Source: Spirochaetota bacterium (GTDB lineage: Bacteria > Spirochaetota > UBA4802 > JAFGDQ01). From it: a stretch of DNA of 64,000 bases. The stretch is taken from positions 1-64,000 of the forward strand of contig JAZDKB010000015.1 in assembly GCA_043803405.1 (NCBI GenBank), given 5' to 3'. Positions within the stretch are counted from its first letter, which is position 1. Each line of letters starts with the position of its first letter. The notes beneath the pieces were generated by a model. It saw nothing but the letters and a program-made list of their open reading frames with translations. It was not told where the DNA came from and searched no databases. The position numbers and the translations under genes are program-made. Below, one piece after another: positions 30,391 through 41,633 of the stretch.

Positions 30391-32904
30391 CATGTTACCG
30401 GAAACCACATTACGGAGATAATCGTTAAGCGCATCTACAGAAGGAAAGTCCGCCGGATCAACCGGCATGTCTACGCTTATCCTGACTTTATGTACTTTCG
30501 AAAAGCTGGGAATATGTTTTCCTGAAGGCATGATCTTGAAAGCTCCTTTTATGGACACAGGAATAATCTTTTTATTAAGATTCTTCGCAAGATAAGCCGC
30601 GCCCGATCTGAACTTGCCGACAGAGCCGTCGCGGGTGCGCGTGCCTTCCGGGAAAATGAGCAGCGAATGACCGCTGCGCAGAACGTCCGCAGCAGCCTTT
30701 AGCGACGGCACTATGTTGCCTGTCCTGTCCACAAAAAGAACAGGAGCGCCTGCGAAAGGTATCCGCATCCATGAAAGTTCTTTTTTTGCAATGAGGAAAA
30801 TATCGCTGCGCATGGAACGCGGTATGTGGTTCATGATTAACGGCGGATCAAGAATGGACTGGTGATTGGCGATGATAATGGCATTGCGCGGCCGCAGGCG
30901 TTCTTTGTGATTGACGCTTATGTGCCAGAAGAAATTTGACGCTGCGCGCACAAGCAGCATAATCAGTTCGCTTACGGGATTAAAGAATGTCTTTGCTTTT
31001 GTAGTCACGGGGCTGTTCAGTATCTGATCGTCAAGGTTGCCGCCTTTTCGCTCTTCGCACGTTGCCAGGTAACGGACGAACTCTTCCAAAGTCTGCATTG
31101 GATTGACTTTGTCCATATCAACGGAAATATTCAAAGATTCTTCCATGTCGACAATAAGCTCAACCAGTCCAAGCGAATCGATCTGCTGATCCGCGAGGGT
31201 TTCGTTCGCGTAGAGCGTCTTTACCCCTAACCTCTCTCCCAGCAGGCCGATGATTTCTTCTTCCCGGACGCTTGTTGCAGCAAGGATGTTCCGGAGAACG
31301 GCCGTGCCCGAAGCGTCGGTCTGGTACGCGCCCGAATCGAGAAGCCGTATGACTTCATCAATGAGCACTTTGCGCGTGGAATTCCGCGGAAGAGGATCTG
31401 CTGAAAGCGCAAATCTGCTTACAGCTTTATATGAAGGCAGTCCCTTATTCAAAGCCGCAATTTCCGCCCTGACATTATCGTAACTTTCCGCTTTTTTCAA
31501 AGCAGGGACAATGACCGCATAAACTGTTTCCCGTCCGTCGATTTTACGTCCGAAGACGGCTATCTCGCTTACTATGGGCGACTTGCGGAAATAAAGCTCC
31601 AGCTCTTCGGGATAAACGTTTTTGCCGGAATCCAGAACAATAACATTCTTTATGCGGCCTGTAATGTGGATATTTCCTCCCTTGTCCACGAAGCCCAGAT
31701 CCTGTGTGTTAAAAGACCCTTCATCATCAAAAGCCTGATTGTTGGCTTCCTTGTTCTTATAGTAGCCGGACATGACAGCCTGCCCTTTGAGCCATATTTC
31801 GCCAATGCCGTCCGCGTTAACATTTTTAACCTTCACTTCATTGCCGCGTATAGGCGGGCCTACGGAACCGGCCTCTGCGTCTTTGTAATACGGAATAGCT
31901 ATAGGGCCTGTAGTTTCCGTAAGGCCGTATCCTTCCATTATATAAAATCCCATTGTTCGGTAATAGTTAAAATATTCTTTTTTTAAAGGCGCGCCGCCGC
32001 TGATGAAGAAACGCATTTTGTGCCCGAAAACGTCGTGTACAGGATGAAATATTTTATTTAAAATAAATCCGAGTCCAAGCGCCCGTAATACCGGACCGCT
32101 TTTAAGAAAGAACATGAACATGCGGAATTTGGCTTTTGACTGCGCTTTAAGTTTATTAACAAGGCCGTCGAAGAACAGCTCCCACATCTGGGGCGCTGCC
32201 GGGAATATGGTAACAGGATTTTCCGCAAGGGCTTTAATGATGTCCGGGCCTTTAAGGGAATTTAAAAACGCGATGGTACTTCCGGAAACAAGGGGAGCCA
32301 TAAAGGTAGCTTCAAAAGCATATACGTGATACAGCGGAAGCATGGCCAGCGTTACATCATCAGGAGTATATTCTTCCAGCCTGGTACAGTCAATTGCAAC
32401 GCTCATAATGTTGCCGTGCGTAAGGGCAACGATCTTCGGATTGCCGGTTGTGCCGGAAGTAAACAGCAGCGAAGCGATATCATCCATACCGGTTGAAGGT
32501 TCTTTTAATTTAGCTGATTTGACAGCCGGTGGTTCATCCTCAATATTATAAACTTTAATTGTTTTGAAAACGCCCCGGAACTGGCCCGACACAAAAGCCG
32601 CGCGTATACCTGCGCTCTTTGCCATTTCCCTGTACTTTGCCGCAGAAAAGTTTGTATCCATCGGCAGAGCTACGGCACCGATCGCAGTTATTGCCATGTA
32701 ACTAACGCACCATTCCGGGGAATTCACGGCAAGGATGGCGATAACATCTCCTTTTTTATAGCCTTTCTTTTGCAGGAATATCGCCCTATTTTTTGTTCTT
32801 TGCCAGGCTTCGCCGAAACTGATGTTCTGATTTTTAAAGAGTATGCGCTCTGCATGAGTTTCGCAGAACGACCGGTAAGCAGTAAAAAGATTTTTTATTT
32901 CCAT
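30388..32904 (-). CDS. Fused long-chain acyl-CoA/ACP synthetase + ACP + PlsC-type acyltransferase
   Basis: FTSGTTGNPK, EGYGLTE; IDSLGLVEL; NHQSILD, FPEGTR. Confidence 0.92.
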   Translation of the reverse strand: MEIKNLFTAYRSFCETHAERILFKNQNISFGEAWQRTKNRAIFLQKKGYKKGDVIAILAVNSPEWCVSYMAITAIGAVALPMDTNFSAAKYREMAKSAGIRAAFVSGQFRGVFKTIKVYNIEDEPPAVKSAKLKEPSTGMDDIASLLFTSGTTGNPKIVALTHGNIMSVAIDCTRLEEYTPDDVTLAMLPLYHVYAFEATFMAPLVSGSTIAFLNSLKGPDIIKALAENPVTIFPAAPQMWELFFDGLVNKLKAQSKAKFRMFMFFLKSGPVLRALGLGFILNKIFHPVHDVFGHKMRFFISGGAPLKKEYFNYYRTMGFYIMEGYGLTETTGPIAIPYYKDAEAGSVGPPIRGNEVKVKNVNADGIGEIWLKGQAVMSGYYKNKEANNQAFDDEGSFNTQDLGFVDKGGNIHITGRIKNVIVLDSGKNVYPEELELYFRKSPIVSEIAVFGRKIDGRETVYAVIVPALKKAESYDNVRAEIAALNKGLPSYKAVSRFALSADPLPRNSTRKVLIDEVIRLLDSGAYQTDASGTAVLRNILAATSVREEEIIGLLGERLGVKTLYANETLADQQIDSLGLVELIVDMEESLNISVDMDKVNPMQTLEEFVRYLATCEERKGGNLDDQILNSPVTTKAKTFFNPVSELIMLLVRAASNFFWHISVNHKERLRPRNAIIIANHQSILDPPLIMNHIPRSMRSDIFLIAKKELSWMRIPFAGAPVLFVDRTGNIVPSLKAAADVLRSGHSLLIFPEGTRTRDGSVGKFRSGAAYLAKNLNKKIIPVSIKGAFKIMPSGKHIPSFSKVHKVRISVDMPVDPADFPSVDALNDYLRNVVSGNM

Positions 32905-33244
32905 ATAGCCTCATTTTTGCAAGTGGATCTTAAGCAGAAAAATTAAAATTGAGTTCGGAAAACTAATTACTGAGTATAATGGTTTTTAAACACGCTCTCT
33001 GTGTGCTTATTACAGCAGATAAATAATTATCTGCCGGAACAAGCTCTGAGTAAATAACGATTTTGCGAAATATGATAAATAAGTATAAAAGCTTTGTAAA
33101 ATGTCAATAAGAATCCGGATATCCCCGGACGCCGCTTGAACAGGATTTTACTGTTCTAAAATATATTGATTGAAATAAAATTATATGATATTATTATCCG
33201 TGAACTGTTAAAACAGTTCTCTGCCTGAAAATTATGTATTATAT

Positions 33245-33349
33245 TTGTTGCAAATCTAAAGTGTCATTTCGACCGAAGGGAGAAATCTACCTTCGACAAT
33301 TAAGAGATTTCTCGTCGCTATGCTCCTAGAAATTACAGTTTTGCAACAA
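33245..33349. repeat. REP-like TGTCATTTCG..GAAATTACA hairpin element
   Basis: Nested IRs TTGTTGCAAA/TTTGCAACAA, TGTCATTTC/GAAATTACA, GAGAAATCT/AGATTTCTC. Confidence 0.65.
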
Positions 33350-33410
33350 GTCAATTATATTAACCGTATAATGTAAATGGCTTAAATGGATCAAAAGGAA
33401 AATTACAGTT

Positions 33411-33896
33411 ATGAAAATAAGAAAACTCACATTGGAAAACTATACTAAGGTTTACGCATTGCTTCGGCAGTCATTTCCTGAAAGCGATTGCGAAGAACAG
33501 TTAGTTGAAAATCTTCATAAAAATAACAGGCCTCTTCATGAGTGGATATGCATCAAGAATGGCAGAACCGCAGCATATATCGCTTTCTCAAACGCGTATT
33601 TCAGGGCAAAGATATGCGGGCTGCATCTGGCTCCGCTGGCTGTTAATCCGGATCATCAGCGAATGGGAATAGGCTCCGAACTTCTCCGCTTTGCGCTGAG
33701 GCAGGAAGCAATAAGGAACAGCACAATCTTTGTTCTGGGCGATCCTGAATTTTACAAAAAATTCGGGTTCGAGCCCTGCGCAATGCCGATATGCCCGTTC
33801 GATGAGAACAACGCACATTTCCTGGCTCTGCGCAATAATACAACCAGCCAGTTTACAGTGGGATATGAACCTGAATTTAAAATTGGGATAAAATAA
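33411..33896 (+). CDS. GNAT acetyltransferase (YhbS-like)
   Basis: LAPLAVNPDHQRMGIGS, VLGDPEFYKKFGF. Confidence 0.92.
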   Translation: MKIRKLTLENYTKVYALLRQSFPESDCEEQLVENLHKNNRPLHEWICIKNGRTAAYIAFSNAYFRAKICGLHLAPLAVNPDHQRMGIGSELLRFALRQEAIRNSTIFVLGDPEFYKKFGFEPCAMPICPFDENNAHFLALRNNTTSQFTVGYEPEFKIGIK

Positions 33897-33897
33897 A

Positions 33898-34048
33898 ATT
33901 CCACGGGCAAGCCCCTGGTACTGACGTACCAGCCGCCACCTGCGGTGTCGGCGGGGTATTATGTTTCAAGGCCTTATCGATTTTTGTGCAAGCACAAAAA
34001 TCGATAGGCTTTCATCCTCGATGCAAGCGTCGAGGTATTACGCCTTGA
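33898..34048. repeat. Multi-hairpin REP/IS200-IS605-end-like element
   Basis: Three GCAAGC-centred hairpins incl. perfect 15-bp stem 33975-34006; GGTATT follows two stems. Confidence 0.6.
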
Positions 34049-34069
34049 AATAAAAAAGGAATAACGCAT

Positions 34070-36850
34070 TTGCAAAAATTTAAAACAGGGCAACGCTGGA
34101 TCAGCGAGATGGAGCTGAACCTTGGGCTTGGTACAGTCAAAGAGATCAACAAACGTACGGTGAACATCTATTTCGCTGCAAGCGACTGCACACGCCTATA
34201 TGCCATTGCTTCCGCGCCTATAAAAAGGGTCGAGTTCAATGAAGGAGATATAATCCAGTCCCGTGACGGGCTGAACATTACAGTAAAAGCAAAATCGGAA
34301 AAAGACGGTATTATAATATATCACAGTGACGATATTGACCTGCCCGAAACCGAACTGAAGGATTCAATAAGCTTTACAACGCCGAAAGAGCGCCTGATTG
34401 GCGGGCTTACGGATGCCAGCAGCGATTTTAACCTGCGCTTCAGGGCTCTCGATTTTCAGCACAGGATGCGCCGCTCGCGCGTACGCGGATTCACAGGCGG
34501 GCGAATAAACCTTATCCCTCATCAGCTCTATGTCGCTAACGAGATAACCTCCATGCATGCGCCGCGCGCGCTTTTATCCGACGAAACAGGACTTGGCAAA
34601 ACCATAGAAACATGCCTTGTACTGCACCGCCTTCTGCTTTGCGAAAGAATTGATCGTGTCCTGATACTTGTACCTAACTCCCTGGTAAATCAATGGTTCG
34701 TTGAATTACTGAGGCGGTTCAACATCATTGTCAGGATATTCGATCCTGATTTAAAAGAATCAATGAAATCTTCGGACTCCGGTGTGAATCCGTTTTTAGA
34801 AAGCCAGCTGTGCATAAGCAGTACGGATTTTTTAACGTATGATAATGACTGGAGAAATTATGCAGTAGAAGCAGGCTGGGATATGGTCATTATAGACGAG
34901 GCCCATCATCTTCTGGAAGACAGCCCGGAATACCGCTTTGCAAAAGACCTTGGTGCAGTATCGGCAGGGTTATTGCTCCTGACCGCCACTCCCGAACAGT
35001 TCGGGACCCGCAGCCATTTTTCCCGCCTGCATCTTCTTGATCCGGAGAGATATTTTGACTTCGGGCTTTTTGAAAAAGAAGAGAACGAGTACTTTAAAAT
35101 ATCCGGAATTATAAACAAGCTTCTTGAAAAAGAAAAACTTAATGAAGATGAAGCAAAGATTCTTTCTTCAATATGCCATGGTATTTATTGTGCAACGGAT
35201 ACATTTCCTGCGGCCGCGGATATACCTGGATTAATTAAAGCCCTGCTGGACAGGTTCGGCGCAGGCCGCGCTATATTCAGGAACACAAGAGCAGTAATGA
35301 AAGGCTTCCCTGAACGGATCGCGAACCTGATCCCTCTGAAAGGCAGCTCCGACAACATAAAAAACATTGCAGCAGAATTCGAATCCGATTCTGCGGTATT
35401 TGATTTCAGTAATGATCCGAGGATAACATGGCTCGTATCTTTTATCCAAAATAATAAAGATAAAAAAGTCCTGCTGATCTGCCGCAGCATGGAAAAAGCA
35501 ATCGCGATAGGAAAAGCCCTGAGAAAGCTGATCAATGCCGACATTGCTCTTTTCCATGAGAATCTTTCCCTTCTTCAGAGGGACCAGAATGCAGCGAGAT
35601 TCGCCCACGAGAGCGGAGCCCGAATGCTGATCTGTTCGGAAATCGGGAGTGAAGGCCGCAATTTCCAGTTTTCGCACGACCTTGTACTGTTTGATCTTCC
35701 GCCTGACCCGGAGCTTCTGGAGCAGCGCATAGGCAGGCTTGACCGCATTGGGCAGGAAGAAACAATCAATATTCATATACTTTATCTGACAGGCAGCGCT
35801 TACGAAATACTCGCGCGCTGGTATCATTATGGCCTGGATGCTTTTGAACATAATGTTCCCGGAGCGCACAAGGTATATCAGGCTATGGGCGACCGCGTCA
35901 AGGAGATTGCATCCGCAATTGACTTTTCACAGCTGGAACCGGTCATTGAAGCATCCCGCGCCCTGTGCGCTGAAACAGCGCAGAAATTGCATGAGGGACG
36001 CGACAGGCTGCTCGAGCTTAATTCATTCAGCCAGGATGTCGCAGAGAGTATCATTGACGAAATTATAACGCTCGATAGCGAACCTGAACTTGAGGAACTG
36101 ATGCTGGATATTTTTCACGCTTACGGCATCCGGGAGGATTTTATTTCCACTAAAACATACAAGCTTACAACGGTTTTATCCGGCCCGGATTTCCCGCTTC
36201 CTGCATCCAGAAGCGGCGAGCTTCGAATAACATTTGACAGGAAAAAAGCGCTTAGCCGCGAGGATATCGAATTTATCAGCAGTGACCACCCCATGGTTAC
36301 AGGCTCGCTTGAACTGCTTCTCGGTTCGGAAAAAGGCAATGCAGCCGCTGTAGTATGGCGCCATGCCGGGAGCAGGGAAATACTCCTGGAAGCTGTCTAT
36401 GTCCTTGAATGCGTTGCTCCGAAAAAATTATACGCTGACCGCTTTCTGCCGCCGGTGCCTGTGCGCTCAGTAGTAAATCACGAACTAAAAGATTATACAT
36501 ATAATTTCAATCCTGCGGCAGTAAAGCCAGAAGACATGGCTTTTTCAGATATCTGCAATGACCCGACAATCAAACAATTGCTTCCAGCGATGATGGCCAA
36601 ATGCACTGAACTGGCCGAAGGCAGTGCATGCGAAATAAGGAGCAGAGCAGCGGGTGAAATGGAAGCTGCTCTCGGCAGGGAGGTCGAACGCGTTACCGGA
36701 CTGCACAAAATAAATAAAAATATTAAAGAAGATGTGATTCTGCATTATAAAAAAGAAGCAAACCTGCTGGGGGACGCAATAAGGTCGGCCAGGCTGAGGC
36801 TCGATTCACTGCGCTTTATTTTCAAAGGCGATGATGAAGCAGGTGTCTGA
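34070..36850 (+). CDS. rapA: RNA polymerase-associated SWI2/SNF2 ATPase RapA/HepA
   Basis: GQRWISEME..LGLG, IPHQLYVA, DETGLGKT, DEAHH, LTATPEQ, SEIGSEGRNFQF, EQRIGRLDRIGQ. Confidence 0.95.
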   Translation: MQKFKTGQRWISEMELNLGLGTVKEINKRTVNIYFAASDCTRLYAIASAPIKRVEFNEGDIIQSRDGLNITVKAKSEKDGIIIYHSDDIDLPETELKDSISFTTPKERLIGGLTDASSDFNLRFRALDFQHRMRRSRVRGFTGGRINLIPHQLYVANEITSMHAPRALLSDETGLGKTIETCLVLHRLLLCERIDRVLILVPNSLVNQWFVELLRRFNIIVRIFDPDLKESMKSSDSGVNPFLESQLCISSTDFLTYDNDWRNYAVEAGWDMVIIDEAHHLLEDSPEYRFAKDLGAVSAGLLLLTATPEQFGTRSHFSRLHLLDPERYFDFGLFEKEENEYFKISGIINKLLEKEKLNEDEAKILSSICHGIYCATDTFPAAADIPGLIKALLDRFGAGRAIFRNTRAVMKGFPERIANLIPLKGSSDNIKNIAAEFESDSAVFDFSNDPRITWLVSFIQNNKDKKVLLICRSMEKAIAIGKALRKLINADIALFHENLSLLQRDQNAARFAHESGARMLICSEIGSEGRNFQFSHDLVLFDLPPDPELLEQRIGRLDRIGQEETINIHILYLTGSAYEILARWYHYGLDAFEHNVPGAHKVYQAMGDRVKEIASAIDFSQLEPVIEASRALCAETAQKLHEGRDRLLELNSFSQDVAESIIDEIITLDSEPELEELMLDIFHAYGIREDFISTKTYKLTTVLSGPDFPLPASRSGELRITFDRKKALSREDIEFISSDHPMVTGSLELLLGSEKGNAAAVVWRHAGSREILLEAVYVLECVAPKKLYADRFLPPVPVRSVVNHELKDYTYNFNPAAVKPEDMAFSDICNDPTIKQLLPAMMAKCTELAEGSACEIRSRAAGEMEAALGREVERVTGLHKINKNIKEDVILHYKKEANLLGDAIRSARLRLDSLRFIFKGDDEAGV

Positions 36851-36941
36851 TCCGGAAATTCCATTATTTGTTTCAGATTTGCCCCTAAAATATCGATATA
36901 ATTATTGATAAGCATATTCGGGACCAGCATAAAATTACGTA

Positions 36942-39176
36942 ATGAAAATTTTTGGTTTTTTTAATAGTTTCAGTGATTCATTTCTTGAAGAATATTCCGG
37001 TGAAGATTATATAACCAGACAAAAAGCAAGAACTCTGCTTTACATTCTTTTTGCAATAGAATTCGTTCTCCTCCCTGTCTTTACCGTTGCGGAATACATA
37101 CGCTATCCGGCACCGATCAATTTTCTTATTCCCTTTATTACCCTGTTCCTCATAGCATTGATCATCATAATTTTTAAAAAAGGACATTACACAGCCGCAG
37201 CGCATGCCCTGATAATCTGTATATTCGCAGCCCTCTGGCTTATAAATTTTATTGGAAGCAACGATGTAAATATATTAAGCAGGATGGATAATATTATGAT
37301 TATCCTGGCTGCCTTTACCTTGCCAGCCCTTATCATTGATAGAAGAGCAGGTGATATTATTATTTATTTTTTTGTAAATTTAATCTTCCTGATTTTATTT
37401 TTTATCCAGATGAAATTTGTTTTTAATTTGCCCATGGATGTAATTACCGAATACGCGGTTGATTCGCTTTGCTCCCTTTGCTTCATTGGACTCACTTCTT
37501 ACCAGATAGTAGTTATAAACATGCGCGCCCTGGACAGCGCCAGGCATGCCGAATTCACAATTACGGCAAAGAATGAAGAACTTGTATCCTCCAACGAGGA
37601 ATTTGAAAGCATAAACAACGAACTCAGACAATCGCAGCAGGAACTCATAAAAAGCGAGGAGGAACTGCGGCAGAGCCAGGAACGCTATAAAAACATTATC
37701 GAAAGCATTGAAGAAGGATATTTCGAGACCGATCTTTACGGAAGGTTTATTTTCGCAAACAGCGCCCTGTTGAAAATCACGGGTTATACGGAAGATGAAG
37801 TGATGGATCCTGATTTCCGTCTGTACGGATCCAGTGATTCGGACGTGGAAATAAGCTCCATTTTAATGGAGCTTTACAAAGCAGGTAAACCGGCGGACAT
37901 AATTGACTTTGAAATTACAACGAAAGATGATGAAAAAAAAATAATCGAGATGTCTTCAAATGCAATCAGGGATACCTATGGAGCTATTGTCGGGTCAAGA
38001 GGGATCATCCGCGATGTGACACAGAAGAAAAAGCAAATGGATGAAATATTTAAAATTAAAAAGATTGAGTCCATCGGTCTTCTTGCAGGCGGTATAGCCC
38101 ACGATTTTAATAATATGCTTACTGCTATTTTAGGCAACCTGTCCCTTGCAAAAATGAATATAAATCCTGATGATGAAAATTGCGGTATAATATCCGACGC
38201 CGAAGAGGCTGCCCTGCGGGCAAAGGATCTGACCCAGCAGCTGCTTACATTTTCGAGAGGCGGAGCCCCGGTAAAAAAAATAGCATCCATACAAGACCTT
38301 TTAACGGATACTGTAAAATTTGTGCTGCGCGGCTCACACATAATCCCGGAATTCAGCATCGATGAAAATCTATATAATGCGGAGATCGACACAGGCCAGA
38401 TAAGTCAGGTCATTCATAATCTTGTCATCAATTCCATGCAGGCCATGCCGGATGCGGGTGCCATAAAACTAAGCGCAAAAAATTCCCGTATTGCGAACGG
38501 AGAAATCACTTCCCTGCCGGAAGGAGATTACATAAAAATATCCATAACCGATGAAGGTGACGGAATTCCGGAAGAGATACTCCCGTATATTTTCGATCCT
38601 TATTTTACATCAAAAGAAAATGGAACAGGACTTGGCCTTGCAATAACCTATTCCATAATTAAAAAGCACGGGGGTTATATTATTCCGGAGTCTATGCCCG
38701 GCAATGGCACAACATTTAACATTTATCTGCCTGCGTCGGCAAACACGGAAAACCTGGAAAAGGAAAATAATTTTTCAGCAGTAAACAGGCTGTATAATGC
38801 AAATAAAAAAGCCCTGATTATGGATGATGAGCTCATAGTAATCAACACGACTTCTTCAATGCTTAAGCAGCTGGGCTTTGAGGTTGATCATGCTTTGAAC
38901 GGCGAAGAAGCAATTGCAAAATATAAAAACCGCTATAGTTCGGGAAATCCGTTTGACCTCGTAATAATGGATCTTACAATACCCGGAAGCATGGGCGGGA
39001 AAGAAGCAATTAAGATACTTACAGGATTTGATCCTTCCGTTAAAGCCATTGTGTCGAGCGGATATTCCAACGACCCTGTTATGGCTGAATATAAAGCGCA
39101 CGGATTCTCGGGAGTTATTGTAAAGCCTTACGGTGTAAGGGACCTTGCGGAATTAATTCAGAATATCCTCATCTGA
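36942..39176 (+). CDS. Membrane hybrid sensor histidine kinase (PAS, HisKA, HATPase, REC)
   Basis: TM N-terminus; AGGIAHDFNN; FDPYFTSK..GTGLGL; MDD..MDLTIPG..KPY. Confidence 0.93.
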   Translation: MKIFGFFNSFSDSFLEEYSGEDYITRQKARTLLYILFAIEFVLLPVFTVAEYIRYPAPINFLIPFITLFLIALIIIIFKKGHYTAAAHALIICIFAALWLINFIGSNDVNILSRMDNIMIILAAFTLPALIIDRRAGDIIIYFFVNLIFLILFFIQMKFVFNLPMDVITEYAVDSLCSLCFIGLTSYQIVVINMRALDSARHAEFTITAKNEELVSSNEEFESINNELRQSQQELIKSEEELRQSQERYKNIIESIEEGYFETDLYGRFIFANSALLKITGYTEDEVMDPDFRLYGSSDSDVEISSILMELYKAGKPADIIDFEITTKDDEKKIIEMSSNAIRDTYGAIVGSRGIIRDVTQKKKQMDEIFKIKKIESIGLLAGGIAHDFNNMLTAILGNLSLAKMNINPDDENCGIISDAEEAALRAKDLTQQLLTFSRGGAPVKKIASIQDLLTDTVKFVLRGSHIIPEFSIDENLYNAEIDTGQISQVIHNLVINSMQAMPDAGAIKLSAKNSRIANGEITSLPEGDYIKISITDEGDGIPEEILPYIFDPYFTSKENGTGLGLAITYSIIKKHGGYIIPESMPGNGTTFNIYLPASANTENLEKENNFSAVNRLYNANKKALIMDDELIVINTTSSMLKQLGFEVDHALNGEEAIAKYKNRYSSGNPFDLVIMDLTIPGSMGGKEAIKILTGFDPSVKAIVSSGYSNDPVMAEYKAHGFSGVIVKPYGVRDLAELIQNILI

Positions 39177-39405
39177 CCCTGCCTAATAACACTGCACCAC
39201 TCACTAAATATTTATTGAAATTTATTACTGCAGGTACTAGTATTAAAAGACAATATAACCAGTTATTTAACATCGATTCTCATTATCATAAAATGAATGC
39301 AACAGAGAGAATTAATTCTGCATGTAATTCGAAGTAATACAAGGTTTACGAAAACCAGATGTATTAATACTGGTCAATTAAATATTTTTTAAAGGAGAAA
39401 AATTT

Positions 39406-39861
39406 ATGACACTTGATGATTACAAGAAAATCATTTCAAATGCGATTCTCAATGAAATTGAGGCGTATACGTTTTACAATGCAGTAGCCAACAAAGTAAA
39501 AGATATAAAACTGAAGGAAATGTTCACTTCACTTGCAGGGGAAGAGCAAAAACATAAACTTACACTGGAGGGCTTCCTCAAGAAAGCTCCGGAAAAAATT
39601 CATTTTTCCGCGTCAAAGGATTATAAGGTTGCTGACACACTTCCCACTCCACCGCTGACTATTGACCTCAAACCGCTGGATGCTTTGATTATAGCCATCA
39701 AGAAGGAACTGGAAGCCATGCAAATGTACACCCAACTGGCAAATGCAAGCGCGGATGAGGGGCAAAAGAAAATATTTGCCGAGCTGGTGTCCATGGAGAG
39801 AGGACATAAAAGTAAACTTGAAGACATTTATACAGATATGGCATTCCCCGAAGTTTGGTGA
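39406..39861 (+). CDS. Rubrerythrin/ferritin-like di-iron protein
   Basis: EIEAYTFY..EEQKH and KELEAMQMY..MERGH. Confidence 0.88.
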   Translation: MTLDDYKKIISNAILNEIEAYTFYNAVANKVKDIKLKEMFTSLAGEEQKHKLTLEGFLKKAPEKIHFSASKDYKVADTLPTPPLTIDLKPLDALIIAIKKELEAMQMYTQLANASADEGQKKIFAELVSMERGHKSKLEDIYTDMAFPEVW

Positions 39862-39976
39862 GTTCAATAGTTATGAAAAATAAAGCCCATTGTTTATTAT
39901 TATCAATGAAATTGCAAATATCAGACCGGCGGAAAAAAGGATGATTTTACAATATAGCCGCACCCTAAGTTAAAAA

Positions 39977-40876
39977 TCATCCTTTATAAAAATCTTTTAT
40001 GGGCTTTATTTTTTTATTTGCGGGAATGCCTGCCTTAATGAATGTCCCGTTATCCAGCTCCTCGAATGCAGTCCGCAGCTCTGCCTGTGTGTTCATTACA
40101 ATAGGCCCACCCCATGCTATCGGCTCATTCAGGGGTTTACCGGAAACAAGAATGAATCTAAGCCTTTTAGAATCTGCTGCCGCAATTGATATCTTATTTC
40201 CGCTGCCGAAAAGCGCACCCTGCCCTTCCGAACATTTTCTTCCTTCATCATCAAAATCGCCTTTGCCTTCAAGGACAAAAGCAAACGCATTGAATTCCTG
40301 CGAAATATTAAATTCAAAAAATACGCCCGGCTCAAGTGTGATATCGAAATAGTCTGGATTTCCTGTAATATCCTGAGCAGCCCCCGGAGTCCCGTTGTAT
40401 TGTCCGGATATAATTTTAACGCTTATTCCTTTTGCATGATTTATTTCCGGAACGCTGCCTGCATTTAAATCGCGGTAACGCGGTTCGCTCATCTTTTCAG
40501 CTTTCGGAAGATTGACCCATAGCTGAAGTCCTTTCATTGTGCCTATATACGGCCTGGGCATCTCCTGGTGAATTATGCCGCTTCCTGCAGTCATCCATTG
40601 AATATCCCCGGATTTAATCTTGCCTGAATTTCCAAGGCTGTCGCCGTGTTCAACTTCGCCTTCTATCATATATGTTACTGTCTCTATTCCCCTGTGGGGA
40701 TGCCACGGAAATCCCGCGACATAGTCATCCGGGTTTGATGATCCGAAATGGTCGAGCATAAGGAACGGGTCGAATTGCGGTATTTCCGCAGTTGCAAAAA
40801 CCCTTTTCAGTTTAACGCCTGCTCCTTCGACTGTGGGCCTTTCTGTGAATATTTTTTTTACTTTTCTTGTATTCAT
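39977..40876 (-). CDS. Pirin family protein
   Basis: DPFLMLDHF, HPHRGIETVT, WMTAGSGIIHQE, QLWVNLP. Confidence 0.95.
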   Translation of the reverse strand: MNTRKVKKIFTERPTVEGAGVKLKRVFATAEIPQFDPFLMLDHFGSSNPDDYVAGFPWHPHRGIETVTYMIEGEVEHGDSLGNSGKIKSGDIQWMTAGSGIIHQEMPRPYIGTMKGLQLWVNLPKAEKMSEPRYRDLNAGSVPEINHAKGISVKIISGQYNGTPGAAQDITGNPDYFDITLEPGVFFEFNISQEFNAFAFVLEGKGDFDDEGRKCSEGQGALFGSGNKISIAAADSKRLRFILVSGKPLNEPIAWGGPIVMNTQAELRTAFEELDNGTFIKAGIPANKKIKPIKDFYKG

Positions 40877-41008
40877 AATCTTCTCCGTTCTAAACTGAAT
40901 TTTGGAAAGATATTTGCAGGTATTTAATCGTTGCTAAAAATTATTAAAAATATACTTTGTATTTAATATTATAAAAATAAAATTTGCAAGAAATTTAGTT
41001 AAATATAG

Positions 41009-41053
41009 AGGGGCGAACCCATGAGTTCGCCCTTGGCTTTGCGTGTTCGCCCT
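41009..41053. repeat. REP-like palindrome plus partial copy
   Basis: GGGCGAAC-ccatga-GTTCGCCC followed by GTGTTCGCCCT. Confidence 0.55.
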
Positions 41054-41129
41054 GGGACCATTATATTGACAATATATTTGGCCGAAATTTAATTCTCACA
41101 ACTTTTATACAGGCGTAAATGGATAAATA

Positions 41130-41633
41130 ATGTCAGTAATACAAAAGCATAACCGGTTTATAGCAATCGACTTTGAAACCGCAAATTTCGAAACAACAAG
41201 CGCATGCGCGCTGGGCATTGCAGTGGTTGAAAATCTTTCGGTTACAGAGGAATTTTACACGCTTATTAAGCCTCCTTCGGATTATTTTACATTTACAGAT
41301 ATCCATGGCATTACATGGGATGATGTGAAAGATAAAATGACATTTAGAGAGCTTTGGCCCGGAATTCAGAACTATTTCGAAAATATTGATTTCGTTGCAG
41401 CGCATAATGTCGGATTCGACAGAACGATTCTTAAATGCTGCTGCACTCATTATAACATAAATATACCGGAAGTAAATTATAAGTGCACATGGCAGCTTTC
41501 AAGAAAGAGGCTTAGGCTTAAAAGCAATGCACTCGATAAGGTAAGCGCTCATTTCGGGATCAAGCTTAACCATCATAATGCGTTATCCGACGCAAAAGCA
41601 TGCGCAAAAATTATGATCAATTTTTTACTATGA
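41130..41633 (+). CDS. DEDDh 3'-5' exonuclease (DnaQ-like)
   Basis: AIDFETA, AHNVGFD, HHNALSDA. Confidence 0.92.
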   Translation: MSVIQKHNRFIAIDFETANFETTSACALGIAVVENLSVTEEFYTLIKPPSDYFTFTDIHGITWDDVKDKMTFRELWPGIQNYFENIDFVAAHNVGFDRTILKCCCTHYNINIPEVNYKCTWQLSRKRLRLKSNALDKVSAHFGIKLNHHNALSDAKACAKIMINFLL

